From the NCBI GenBank assembly GCA_964016885.1, contig OZ024740.1, positions 352,098,001-352,162,000 of the forward strand: a DNA stretch of 64,000 nt, read 5' to 3'. The stretch comes from Eledone cirrhosa (taxonomy: Eukaryota). A program made the position numbers and the translations under genes. This document shows, piece after piece, positions 51,450 through 64,000 of this stretch. The notes beneath the pieces are model-generated. The model was not told the DNA's origin, did no database searches, and saw only the letters and a program-made list of their open reading frames with translations. Within the stretch, counting starts at the first letter, position 1, and every line of letters starts with the position of its first letter.

Positions 51450-51537
51450 ATAGGAAAATGTTCAAGACCCCGACGGCAGAGCTCAAGCCGTTTCGACGGC
51501 TTGAGCTCTGCCGTCGGGGTCTTGAACATTTTCCTAT
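51450..51537. repeat. Perfect 42-bp inverted repeat with 4-nt spacer (TTCG)
   Basis: 51450-51491 is the exact reverse complement of 51496-51537. Confidence 0.98.
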
Positions 51538-51819
51538 ATGTATATAGAGAGAGAGACAATTTTCAATCTAATAGTGATATCAGAAACCTAATTCTTATTC
51601 CCCTAGCTATAAAAAACAAAACAACTTAAGGAGCTAACAACCACTTAATATAGAAAATGAAAGAGAAGGTTCTAGAAACTTTGATGGACCTTAGGAACAT
51701 TATTGTTTCCACAAAAAAAGCATTAATAAGCAAGATCAATCTTTAACACAACCTAATATATTTCACAGTGAAGTTGTTCCACGCATGAGAGAGAGAGTGT
51801 GTGTGTGTGTGTCTGTGTC

Positions 51820-51850
<31 letters not shown>

Positions 51851-53137
51851 ATGAGTGTGTGCATGAGTGGGTGGTATGTGTGCGTGTGCGTGTGTGTGTG
51901 TGTGCGTGTGTGTGTGTATGTCAGTGTATGTGTGTGGGGGGGGGTTCTATACTGACCTCAATAACTGTATAAAATAGGTTAAGAGTTCTTTGTTATTGTT
52001 ATTTCTGTGATATTAAAACATTTTATCTTAGGGACAAATATCTGGTTCTATCTAGAAAAAAGAAATACTGCAGCCACCTCAAAGATTGCAAAAGAAGGAA
52101 GAAAATAGGTCCTAAAACCTACAGATCAAAAGGAACTGAGATATCATTGTTGTGTCATCACCACCACCACCACTAGTCAAAAGACAAACAGTGTACTAAA
52201 GATAAGCTCACACCACCCTATTCAGTTCTTGTCTTATTTTCGTTTTGGCTGAAGTAGTGTGTTTGTGTGTAATGTGTGTATTTGTAATGTGTGTGTGATT
52301 GTGTAAATTGTGTGTGTTTGTAATGTTTGTAATGTGTGTGATGTGCGCTTCAAGAAAATTTCCATATTTTAAGAACTGCCACTAGAATAGGTTAGTTGTT
52401 TGTAGTTTAACCCTAGGTTAGGTCAGACATGATAGAGCAGGACTATGATGAAAGGCATTGCAGCCATCACCAACTTGCTATCTAATGTGTACGTTCTTTA
52501 TTTTAAGACACTTGTGTGTGTGATTTAAAGGAGATGTGGTTGCTATTTCTAACAAATCTAGTAACCACACAGAAGCTCCCTTGTAAACTTGACCTGAATT
52601 AATCATTTATGATTTTTTTCCAAATTTTTAAAGTAAATACAACATATCTATGCATAATGTAAGAAGTAACTAAAAGGGTTAGCATGAAGAACAGGTCCCT
52701 GACATTAAAACACTGTCTTACAAAATCCAGACCAAGCTATACCAGCTGAAAAGAGTGGATTTAAAAATGATGATTTCTTTTTTATCTCCTCACTATAGAT
52801 ATAATTTTAATTGAATTTTCTTAGTTCACTATGTTAAGTACGCTAACAGCGACTTTACTATTTGTTTAATATTTTCCAGCTAAAGGCATCTCTCTTCCCT
52901 CCAGCCTGCAGTCATTCTTTGAAGTTGTCACACCTATCAGTGTTTATTTACATATAGCTCAGTTTTATCAGAACTGTCAAGTCTTAAGATGACTATGTAT
53001 ACTAAGGAGGTATAAAATGACCAAAACATATTCAGGGATGTCATTATACTGCCTCAGATCAGACTCCCCACATGAAGGCATTCTATTTTTGATTTTAAAA
53101 GTTTGGAATTGTTTACCCTCCCTTCCTTTGCTAGGAC

Positions 53138-53438
53138 TAACACTTTTAGTACCAAACTGCCTGAAATCACCCCAGATTCTATGGTATAAACCTGCATATT
53201 TTAAAGTGCCTAAACCCCTTCCATCAAAATTTTAAGTAAAAACCTTTATTAACTCTCATTTATCATATTTCTAAAGAAATACAAATCCTGTGTGATTTAA
53301 TTAATTTTGAAAATACCTAAGAATTTGGAAGGTTTAGTAAAATAACTTTTGGTGTTTTGAAAAAAGATTCTTGTATCATATAATTAAAGATATATAGAGA
53401 TATAAGAAATTACAGAAGAGTTGGTATTAAAGAGGTTA
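53138..53438. mobile_element. Degenerate second TTAA-type MITE family; related pieces at ~3560-3840, ~14446-14670, ~18292-18460
   Basis: Ends taacacttttagtaccaa / ttggtattaaagaggtta resemble ttaacccttttgataccaa TIRs. Confidence 0.5.
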
Positions 53439-54499
53439 TGTTCTAAATACCAGATAAATAAAAAGAAATTTAGTTATATTTCTAAATCCCTCCAAAATTT
53501 GATTCTAAAAATGATTTCATTAGAAATATATCAACCCACCCAAAACTGTTTCTGGTTCTGTGAAACAAAACATTTTAAAGGGCTCCTGTTTAAATTAAAA
53601 TCTTTCAACATAATTTAACATAAGAAACTTTGGTTAAATTATATTACAAATATTTTAATAAATCTCTCCAAATTTTCCATGAATTAATTCAAATGCAGTG
53701 CATTTCATAATAAATATAGCAATGAAAGGGTTAAGCTAATAATTTGTTATCCTCAGATAGGTGTGATAGTAACTGATTAAAATGTGGCTCACAACATTGC
53801 ATATGTTAGCACTGAGTTAACTATAACAGTCAGCATGAATCAATCAATTTAGAATTATCAACAAAAGTAGTACATGATGACATGCTCATTAGAGAGGTCT
53901 TCCCAAATTGTTTTTCTCTACTACTCTCACTTACACCAACTTATAATCCTTCCGCAAGCATAAACATAGGTACTCAGCAAGGCCTGGGTATTGACTTAAA
54001 ATAACAGATGTGTGGGATTTGAAGGAACTTTGGCTCTTATATCTACCTTGTCTAGCTACCACATAGATGTCTTGGTTGTTGATTCATATATATATATATA
54101 TATACATATATACATTTAAAAGACTATGTAATTTGAGGAAGATTTGGCTGCTCTTCTAGCATGTCTTGATTAATATATACATAACATAAGACTATAAAAT
54201 AATTTGAGGGAGAGTCCAATGCTATTTCTATTATGTATAACTATAGATTATGATTGTATATATTCTTTTATTCTTTTACAGGTTTCAGTCATTAGAATGC
54301 GACCATGCTGGGGCACTGCCTTATGATGCTGAATTTTTTTTAAATGCCCTTCAGACATCTCAGCTGTCTTATTTTTCATTAGGAATATGGAAATCTAAAA
54401 ATAAATGAATTCAAAAACATTACTGCTTTATATCCTAAATTATATTTGATAATAACCTTCCTTGTAAGATGCTGAATAATAATATATTTGGTTTTACAG

Positions 54500-54528
54500 A
54501 TGTTTACTTTGTAGTTCCTGAATACAAG
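54500..54528 (+). CDS. Candidate 29-nt host microexon (AT+VYFVVPEYK)
   Basis: tatttggttttacAG acceptor and AAG|GTaaat donor; open frame in phase 1. Confidence 0.35.
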
Positions 54529-54559
54529 GTAAATATATGTGCATACACATTCACTCATG

Positions 54560-54757
54560 TACGACAGTCAGTTGAAAAGTTCATAGGATGACTATGAAGG
54601 AGTGATGCTAGAGCTGTGAAATCTTGCATGCATTAATTTCAACTCTTCTCATTAATAACTACTTTGTTTCTTTCCAGGGACTATGTTGAAAAATAAACAT
54701 CATTTGGTCATTCCATGAGAGTATCTTGGTCAGCCTATCAACTTTTCAGTGCACTAT
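54560..54757. mobile_element. Degenerate mariner-type MITE
   Basis: tacgacagtcagttgaaaagttcatagg ... cctatcaacttttcagtgcactatc imperfect TIRs. Confidence 0.55.
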
Positions 54758-57390
54758 CAAATTGAACTACGAAATAGTCCCACTCTAAAACTTCACTGTT
54801 TTACGCCTCACCTCTGGTCCCTATGTAGCAACTTGATCTGCTGGAAATAGCAGCAAAATCTCTCTCAAATTACACTTCATCATCTTATAAATAGGAAAAA
54901 TCATTGAATAATGTAGCCCTGAATAAAATACACTGAAAAAAAGACATGATAGTCACAAATGGAATGTTACTAATCAAGCCTGACACCAAGGAAGTGGAGG
55001 AAGCACTGTTGGAACTGCCCTCTACTTTTCAATGGTTAACCCTCAGATTTAGAAAAATATACTGTGATATGCTTATTCTGAAACTCCACCTTAGAATTAT
55101 TGAGAATTAGAGTGCCCACCCAGAATGTTCTAAAGCCTCCTACCCACCTAAAACCTGGTTATGAGCCTGCCACTGATCATAGGTCTTCTCGATCAGCATT
55201 GACCTAAAGTTAAACAACAACATTCTATCAAATCTTTTCTTTTTTGTTTGTTTAGTTTCTTCTGTATTCATTCAATTTATTAGTTGGTTCTATTGAATCA
55301 AACTGACTGTCTTTCATATTTTGGATTCATAATTCTATATAATTCTTCTTTCTATTATGTAAACTATTCATTATTTTCATCCATATATCTATGTAATATA
55401 TTTAAAATCCCTGAGCTGCAACAAACTGTAAATTCCATCATTGGATTTCTCTTTGATAACTAAAACATCTTCGAAGATTATTGTTCGCAATAACATTTAT
55501 TAAAGAACAAAAAAATATGAAACACATCAATAATTATAAAATATTAGATGAATGCAGAAAACAGCTATCAAAGCCACATCAGGATTGAATATTTGATATC
55601 AGAAAATGTAAATGCAAAGTAATACTTCTCTCTCCAATTTTGCATCCATTTTCTCATGTTAAAACAACATGAAAGTGGGAGAGGTTTGCACAATTGGATA
55701 TTGTTGCTTTTACAATCTAAGATTTATTTCTAACTGCTAGAAATTCAATTATTAAGTACTAAGTCTGCCCTGATTAAGCAAACCAGAAGTATTCTAGCCA
55801 TGCCCATCTCATCCTTTATTCAGACAGTACTATCAAATGTGTCCTTCCTACACTTAAAGTGTCATTTAAGGGAAATTTGGTTGTTATTGTTTGCAGGTCA
55901 AGCAACCACATATAGGCTCCCTCATTATGAAGTACAGTTGCAGTCTGGGTTGCAACTATCTGGAAAAAACTGCAGCCAGTAAATCAATGCAATTTGCCCA
56001 GTATGTTTACTTATCTGTGTATGAGTGTGCATGTGTGCGTTTATGCATGTCTGTAGACATTGTGTATGTTTGTATATATCTGAGAATAACTGGAGAAATA
56101 TTTGTGTTTAATTGTACAATTGTGTTTGTATTGTTTATATATACATGTATGTAGACTTGTATTTCAATATATGTTAATATGTGCATGTGTCAGTATATGT
56201 GTGTGTATTTGTAGTAAGTGCCTGTTATTACTATCTTCCTTTCCTCTACAGGTTTTCAAATCTATTGATGTCCCCTTTATTTTCTCTTTGCTCCTCCACT
56301 AACGCTTGTTACCTCTCCCTTGCCTACCTTACTCCTTCCTTGTTCTTTTCCATGCTGTCTTGAATTAGGCAGGTCCTCGTATTCGGAGAATATGTCTTGC
56401 TCACATGTTCCATATTATAAAATCAGCTATTTGCAACACAACAGATGCTATAATATTGCAAAATTTCAACTGTTAGTCATGCGGGCAGTAGGTCGTCATC
56501 ACAAACCATCATCATTTAACATCCACTATTCCTACTAACAAGGGTTGGATGGGTCATCACAAACCAAGTCAGTACTTAATTGGAGCTACTGGCCTTTCGA
56601 ATGGGTTATGGGGGAGGGTAAGGGGGCACAACATGCTTATATATTTTCCTGCACTCTATAGAGTGCCCTGGGTACATTTTATCATGGCATCTGCACTAGA
56701 GAGATTGTCATGTCTTTGACACAGCATAAGATTCCTCTCTACCATTTATTTGGCAAGTTTTCTATGGTTGGATATCTTTCCTGCCACCAACCACTTTACA
56801 GAGTGTACTGGGTAGATTTTATTGTCATTAATACTAGATAGGTTGTCATATCCTTGAGACAACTGAAAAGTCTACTTGACACACGAAATTCCAAGAATGT
56901 TACAAAATATAACAGGCACTTGACGAAGGCCAAAGGATACAATGACCGAACATTTTGACTATAACAACCAAAATGAGGACACTTTAGTCTATAATGATTT
57001 CTTATATAGGCACAAGGTCACAAATTTGGGAACATTGGTATAGTTGCTATTAAATTGCCCCTAGCACTTATATAGTACTTATTTATCATCATCAGCATCA
57101 TTTAACGTCTATTTTTCCATGCTTGCATGGGTTAGATGGGTCGTCCATGTTATAAAACATGTCTGACCAGTTGGCTGCACCATACCAGGCTCAAACAAAA
57201 CTATTTTGGCTGGATTTTTTTACAGCTGGATGCCCTTCCTAACACCAACCACTTTTACAGTGTGGAGTTGGGTGGAAAGGTATGGCATGGCCAGTTGGCC
57301 ATGCCATACCTTTCTCATAGCTGGACCATGTTTTGGTTGGGTTTTTACGACTGCTGGATGCCCTTCCTAATAATGTGAGACTGGGTTCTA

Positions 57391-58030
57391 TAATAATGGT
57401 TTCTTATATAGGCACAAGGCCAGCAATTTTGGGGGAGGGGAAAGCCGATTAAATCGACCCCAGTACATTACTGGTACTTTATTTTATCGACCCCGTAAGG
57501 ATGAAAGGCAAAGTTAACCTCGGCGGGATTTGAACTCAGACCGTAAAGGACCGTAACTCTATGCTGCAAAGCATGGTCCGACTCTACCGATACTGCCAAT
57601 CCATTGCCCTACTGGGTTCTATAATAATAATTATTTCTACTTTAGGCACAAGGCCAGCAATTACCCAGTGCATTACTGGTACTTTATTTTATCGACCCCA
57701 TAAGGATGAAAGGCAAAGTCAACCTCGGCGGGATTTGAACTCAGATCGTAAAGGGACGTAACTATGCTGGAAAGCATGGCGTCCGACCCTCTACCAATAC
57801 TGCCAATCCAATAATAAAAATGATTTAGACAAGGCCAACAATTTAGAGGGTGGGGGCAATTACATCAACCCCAACAGATGACTTGTACTTTATTTTATCA
57901 ACCCCAGATGGATGCAGGACAAAGTTGACCATGGTAGGATTGGAACTCGGAAAGTAAAGAGCCAGAACAATGAGAACTATTGCTTAGAATTGTATCCAAC
58001 ACTTCACCAATTCTACCAATTCACCAATAA
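57391..58030 (-). mobile_element. Three tandem family-B SINEs
   Basis: Units 57391-57610, ~57622-57810 and ~57828-58030 (degenerate); first unit flanked by the direct repeat actgggttcta (57380-57390, 57611-57621). Confidence 0.9.
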
Positions 58031-59540
58031 TAATAAGAATCTGTTCTGTATAATAATAAAAATATAGAAATAAAGTAAAAAAAGAGTGGGGGAGGGGTTG
58101 TCATGGAGATTTAAGCATTTGTTTGGTTAAATCAAACAGTATGTTAAGACAATTTTAAATCTCTGAACATAAGTCCTCCATCTTTGGTGATAAGGAATTT
58201 ATCATCTTATATGTAGCATTCATGGAAAATATTGAAATTTAGTTAAATATCTTTAAGAAATAGTAGTAATAAATAAAATTGGAGTTTCAGATCAATGGAG
58301 ATTGACAATAGATGCTGAAAGTAAAAAAAAGAATTGAATTTACTATCTGTTAAAGCTAACTGTCAATTTTTTTTATTTTTTTTTATTTTATTACATTCTC
58401 AGTAAAGAAATCTCCTTAAAAACCATCAGTCCATTTTCCTGTGTGAAGCTTACAGATGCTGGGATAGAAGAATGAAGGAAGAATGACTGGCTATACTATA
58501 CATTATTTGAATAAATTTTTATAACTAAAATTGAAGGAAAATCAGTGAGAGGCCATATACACATAAATTACACGGAAAGGAGACAAAGATCCTGGCTTTG
58601 AATTATAATAGTCCACAGGCATTTAGAGATAAAGGAATGGTGCTACTGATGCAGACAATGAGAAAACAGTAAACAAATCAGTCAGTTGCAGAAGAGAGAG
58701 AGAGAGTTTTAATGCATGATAGAAGACAATAAGTTTTGCCAGGGAAGAGGACACCATGATGTGATGCTTTCCTATCAAACATCTTGCCAATGTTTAGATC
58801 AAGTGAAACAGTACAAAGTATAGGAGTAAATTCTGTGGCAAGGATGCAATGCAAGAGATGGCCAGTGTATCAGTTTCAACAGAAGCCATGCCGACAATCA
58901 ATGGAAGTTAGAGGAATGGGGGAGGTATAAGAGAAAGTAGAAACTGTTTATTGATTAACACTTCCAGCAAAATGAAAAACTCATAAAATACAAAATTTGC
59001 TATTGGCAGAAAAGGGTGGGTAGGTATATCAGTCACTAAATGTATTATGAAAAACAAAAAAATAAACAGAGATAATAAATAAGATAATGTAATCATAAAT
59101 TTCAATGAAGCTAAATAAGTTAGTTAATATAACATTAATGTGAATGTGTGAGAGAATACATGAGTGTTTAAAGGATTTTTTTTTTTTTATATATATATAT
59201 ATAGAATATAAGAAAAAAAGGAAAATTTAAGAAAAAACTGTTTTCCGCAACAAAAATATAAATAGAACAATAAAATATGTGTATAGATGGTTAAATCTAT
59301 ATTTATACATACTACAGTCTTCTCTCAGACATACATATTGAGTATTTCAATGATTTCTCAATTGAAGTATACGGCTACTACTTATTACAATCAATCCTTG
59401 GGAAGATGACAAATTCAGTCTGAGCAGGTTTTGAACTCAGAATACACAGATAACACAACCACCCTAGTAGCTAATGAGGAAGCCTCAACATGGTTACTCA
59501 ACCCTTAAGAATCCACTTTAAATCACATTTTGCCATTTTA

Positions 59541-59574
<34 letters not shown>

Positions 59575-60856
59575 AAGAAAGACATGTAGGATAATGTAGT
59601 CCAAGATACTCTTCTGAAAAAATAAAAATATGAGATGGTCATGGATGGAATGTCTTTTGGTCATAAATCTACCTGATTAGAACTGACCTGGGATCAAACA
59701 AAAACATTACCAGTTGAGTTGCCAGCTCTCTTGACATTCTCTACCATCCTAAAAAAAAATAATGATTTCTCTAAACCAGGCACAAAGCCAATATTTATGG
59801 GAGAAGGGGGCTATCAACTTCCCCAACTCTGATATATTAGTTGTGCTTATTCCAACAACTTCACCATGACTTGAACTTGAAACCAATAAAATTGAAATAC
59901 TGTAATCAGTTTGTCTGCTGCTTTATACTGATAAAGATGATTATAGTAAAATTATATTAAAATAGAAGTCAAATTATTCAGTAAGCTAAACCTCATTGCT
60001 GAAATGACTCTAATTGTGGTCGATGAAACCAAGACAACAAGAGGGATGTTTTGCTATACATCTAACTACACTAAGATATATTGATCAATAAAGAAGAATA
60101 TAAATAATTAAATGGAGACAATTTCCTAAGATTTGATATTGATGTTTTGTTGTATTTCTTAATTTTTCTCCATCAGATATATTACTTCTTTATAAATAAA
60201 TATTAACTCTTTACTTTGCTATGCATTCAGTTTAGAATAGATACACTTTATCCCTGTATATTGTAAGAAGCAAATAAAAGAGTTGACATCAGGAAGAGCA
60301 TCTGGCTGTAAAACATTGCCTCAAAAAGTTCTATCCAACCCATGCCAGTATAGAAAAGTCAACATAAAAATGATGATGGTAATGTCTATTGTGAGAGACA
60401 TTCCAGTTAAAATTAAGTGCTGTGCATTTTTCTCTGTTGATACCAAACCACCTGAAGCAATCGCTACTATATTTCTCATTGTCCATTATACAGAATCTCT
60501 CCCCATAACTAATTGGTTATGTCAGTCATGACTGACTATTGTCTTCAGACAATGTATCAATGGAGTTAGATTGACAAGAACTATCAACCCTAAAATCAAG
60601 ATGAGGTGCTGAATATTATTAGTTATTCACTTTTGTTAGTTTCAGACATTAGACAGAGGCCATGCTGGGACACTATCTTAAAGGGATTTAGTTTATCATA
60701 TTGACCCCAGTGATTTAATTAACTTAACAGTTCAACAAAAAAGGTATGGAACAAACACGCACACACAAATATATATATATCCATGCTAGAGCGGAAGATG
60801 GACATTGAATGATGATGATGATATATTCATTTTATTAAGGCTAAATAGTGAGTCTT

Positions 60857-60898
60857 ATAACTCTGGAGTTTCGCCTGTTCATCACAGGGTCCTCAGAT
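60857..60898 (-). ncRNA. Hammerhead ribozyme-like motif, partly decayed
   Basis: Minus strand: at CTGAGGA c cctgt gatga acagg c GAAA ctc ca gag TT at. Stems II and III are evident; stem I has only 2 bp. Confidence 0.55.
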
Positions 60899-60900
60899 GG

Positions 60901-60944
<44 letters not shown>

Positions 60945-61818
60945 ATAACCAATGCTAGAGTGGAAAATAAACATTAAAAGATGATGATTTATATATAAAC
61001 TACATAATATGGTGGTAGTAGCCTGATAACATCTGTCGCCCCACCGCTACCATCAATTAGAGCAGGGCTGGAAGGGTGTGCTTGAATTCAATTTATGGGT
61101 GATGTGGTAGAGTTGATTCTAGGATATGGTTTAAGTTTGCTTGAGTTCATGGATAGCAAGGGTTTGGTTTAGATTTGTTTCCTTTCTACTTAACCTTCAA
61201 CACACTGAATATTTTAATGAATTGAGGGGAGATTATTCTGTCACAATTTGTCACCAACAGTGTGTTAAAGCTTAAGGCATACACAGTCTTAGTTTTATAT
61301 ATATGAATATATATAACACACCAAGAAGATACTTGCTCAAGGTGCCATGCAATAGGAGAGAACTTGAAAATATGGTTGTGAAACAAACTGACTAACCACA
61401 CAGCCAAACATTTCTTCATTCATACAATATCAACTAAGTAGACTTACATGCTGAACTTCAAAAAGCATTTTCATATCTTTACTATCTTACTTACATATTG
61501 ATTTTGTACAAATTCTCCAAGTCCAAAAAATGATGCATGTATATGAAGTGATAATAAAAATATAAAACTGTAAATTATGAAAATTCAGATTATGAAAGGT
61601 TTTCGTTTTCCTTCCTTTGTACCATATATGTATGTAAACAGACTGAAACACACACACACGTCTACTATAGTCAATTTTACAAAGCAGAAAATGCAGAAGC
61701 CCTTTATATACATATATATATAGTGTGTGTGTGTGTAAAAGGTAAACAGAAATAACACAATCGGTACAGTATATGGAAGGAATATATTAGGTTAATGCTT
61801 GATATATCAGGAAGAGGG

Positions 61819-61854
61819 TCTTAACGTTTCAGACGCTAATCCTTCATCAGAAGA
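61819..61854 (-). ncRNA. Minimal type-I hammerhead ribozyme motif (Penelope-like element type)
   Basis: Minus strand: tctt CTGATGA a gga ttagcg tct GAAA cg TT aaga; stem I tctt/aaga, stem II gga/tct, palindromic ACGT stem III. Confidence 0.6.
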
Positions 61855-61940
61855 GAGAATGAGAAATTAGAAAGATTGAAGGGGTGAGCAGGGTGGAATT
61901 GGAAAAAATGTTTTTAGAGAAAAATAACAGATACATATAT

Positions 61941-62470
61941 ACATCATTTTTACATCCATGTTTACATGGGTTGGATGGATTCTTCTCAGCAAAGCATCTT
62001 TCCACATTGTCATCTCCTCTATGATTTTCAGTGATTGAGGTCACCTCTCACCACCTCTGTCCAAATCTTTTTTTGTCTACCTCTACTGTGACTTCCTTCC
62101 ACTAGCATTTCTTCACTCATCATCCATGTGCATCACATGTCCATACCAACACACACCTCAGATTCCTCTTAACCCTTTAGCATTTACATTACTCTATATT
62201 TTTACAGTAAATATTTTATCTCACATAATATCTCACATAGTATTGAATCTATGAGATTTTGATATTTATTTTGAGAAAATATCTTAACATAAGTATGAGC
62301 TACTACTTATGGCCAGTTTGAACAGAAAGAAGTGAGAGAATTCTGACCGGATACGGCCGGTTTAAATGCCAAAGGGTTCAACCCAGTTTCTCCCTCAGTT
62401 CAGCCAAGCTCAGCCTTTCTCCCACATTAACATTGTACATCCAACGGCGTATAGCTGCTTCAATCTATGC
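61941..62470 (-). mobile_element. Degenerate RTE 3' fragment interrupted by a piggyBac-like MITE (62173-62376)
   Basis: catcacatgtccatacca (WYGHVM antisense); gattcctcttaa [MITE] cccagtttctccctcagttc; 3' tail catcatttttacatccatg. Confidence 0.7.
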
Positions 62471-63544
62471 ATGTTTTCTGCAGTCACTGCCCATGCAACA
62501 ATAAAATGCACTCAGTATACTCAGTAAAGTAGTTGGTGTTAGGAAGGGCATCCGTCCATAAAAGAAAAACATACTAAAGGAGCAAGCCATGGTCTCCCAG
62601 TTCATCTAGGATGGTAAAATAAAAACTGACTCCGACCTAATAACCTGCCCAACCCATACAAGCATGGAAAGCAGGGGGAAATATGATAATGATGCACATA
62701 TATACATATGCACACATATATGCACATACCATTGCCATATGTCTGTTTCCTATGGTAGTGTGTGTGTACATACACACACACATATACACACACACATACA
62801 TGTGTGTGTGTAATGAAAACACATATGCATAGTGAGTCTTTCTCCACAACTGAAGGCTATATATTTTGTTGGTTTCAATTTCCTTTTCCAAAATCATAAT
62901 AGGAAGTTAACATTTATAAGCTAACCACTGTTTACATCATTCGTCTTTCCTGTTTAGGCTACCATTTCCATTTTACTCCCAAATCCTAGCAACAGAAATC
63001 TTTCGGCGAATGAAACAAAGAGGGTGGTTGTTGGAGAAGAGAAAATCCCTTGTTTATCTTAAGGGGATACTTATTTTTTTATTACATTGATTTTCAATCA
63101 ATGTTCACAAGCATTTCATTAGCTGTGTTATCAGAGATAGCATAGTAGTATAATGGCAAGAGTGATGCCACAGTATGGTGGCTCTAAGCTTAAAAAGCAA
63201 CCAATATTGTGTGTGTGTCATCTGTATATAGTAAAGTTGAAGTAGATAAAATTTGACATGTGAGTGACAACTGATTGGCCATCCAACACCAATAACCAGT
63301 AGAGCTAGTAGGCCAGCAATTATGTACAGCAGCATCTTTACAGGGAGCAATCATACTTTAGATATACAATCATTCTGATTGGACTTTTAGATAGAAATAT
63401 TTAAAATACTAGAGAAGCAGGACAGATCAAATCATTTTAGATGTTGATGCAATTAATAAAGCCCTTACATATATAGACATATTCATTTATGAAAGGCAAA
63501 TTTGTTTTGACAAACTATTAGTACTACTAAGACTGAAGGTACCT

Positions 63545-63850
63545 GGTTTTGTGGGTAGGGTATTAGGCTCATGATCATATGGTCATGAGTTCGATTCCCG
63601 GTGGCATGTGTCCTTGAGCAAGACCCTTTATTTCATATTGCTCCAATTCATTCAGCTGACAAAAATGAGTTGTACCTGTAATTCAAAGGGCTAGCCTTGT
63701 CACATTCTGTATCATGCTGAATATCTCTGAGAACTACATTATGAGTACATGTGTCTGTGGAATGCTCAGCCACTTACACCATTTCCTGAGCTGGCTGTTC
63801 TGGTGATCCTATCAACTGCAACATTTGTCATCATAATCAACAGAGTGCCT
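63545..63850 (+). mobile_element. tRNA-derived CORE-like SINE, degenerate, with a distinct 3' part
   Basis: tggttttgtggg..gagttcgattccc..tgtgtccttgagcaagacc..tattgctcca. Confidence 0.7.
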
Positions 63851-64000
63851 CAACTACAAAGACACTGCAATCTTTAACCCACAGTAACTTTTCTGCCTCT
63901 GCTATTAATATTATATCTACAGCTTTTGCTCTCCTGAACTTGCTTATTGCACATCAATTCCACCCAGCTAGGCCCACCTGACACAAACATACACACACAT

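Noticed and set aside
63105-63350. 81-aa ORF with a hydrophobic, signal-peptide-like N-terminus
   Set aside because: Starts at a non-ATG codon; the remainder is not protein-like; no support.

Overview
AT-rich, microsatellite-dense eukaryotic DNA. The repeat repertoire suggests a coleoid cephalopod, probably Octopus (inference). No complete host gene, rRNA, true tRNA gene or CRISPR array is supported, and most ORF-track entries are antisense shadows of retroelements or simple-repeat artefacts. The main contents are: (i) an RTE-clade LINE family with two young, near-identical 5'-truncated copies (30680-32966, ~48125-51066), older relics and many solo 3' tails, whose RT carries an inserted C4HC3 PHD-type finger; (ii) several tRNA-derived SINE families, one sharing the LINE 3' UTR; (iii) hAT-, piggyBac- and Tc1/mariner-type MITEs, some with clear TIRs and TSDs; (iv) two frame-compatible candidate + strand microexons (32989-33023, 54500-54528), hinting that the window is mostly intron. 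The most interesting unexplained signals are small structured-RNA motifs: minimal hammerhead-ribozyme motifs in microsatellite-embedded inserts, a perfect 42-bp palindrome that looks like a folded-back hammerhead half, a high-copy repeat with a partial HDV-ribozyme-like head, and a tandemly repeated pseudoknot-like unit in the LINE 3' UTR. I cannot claim that any of these is a demonstrated new system.
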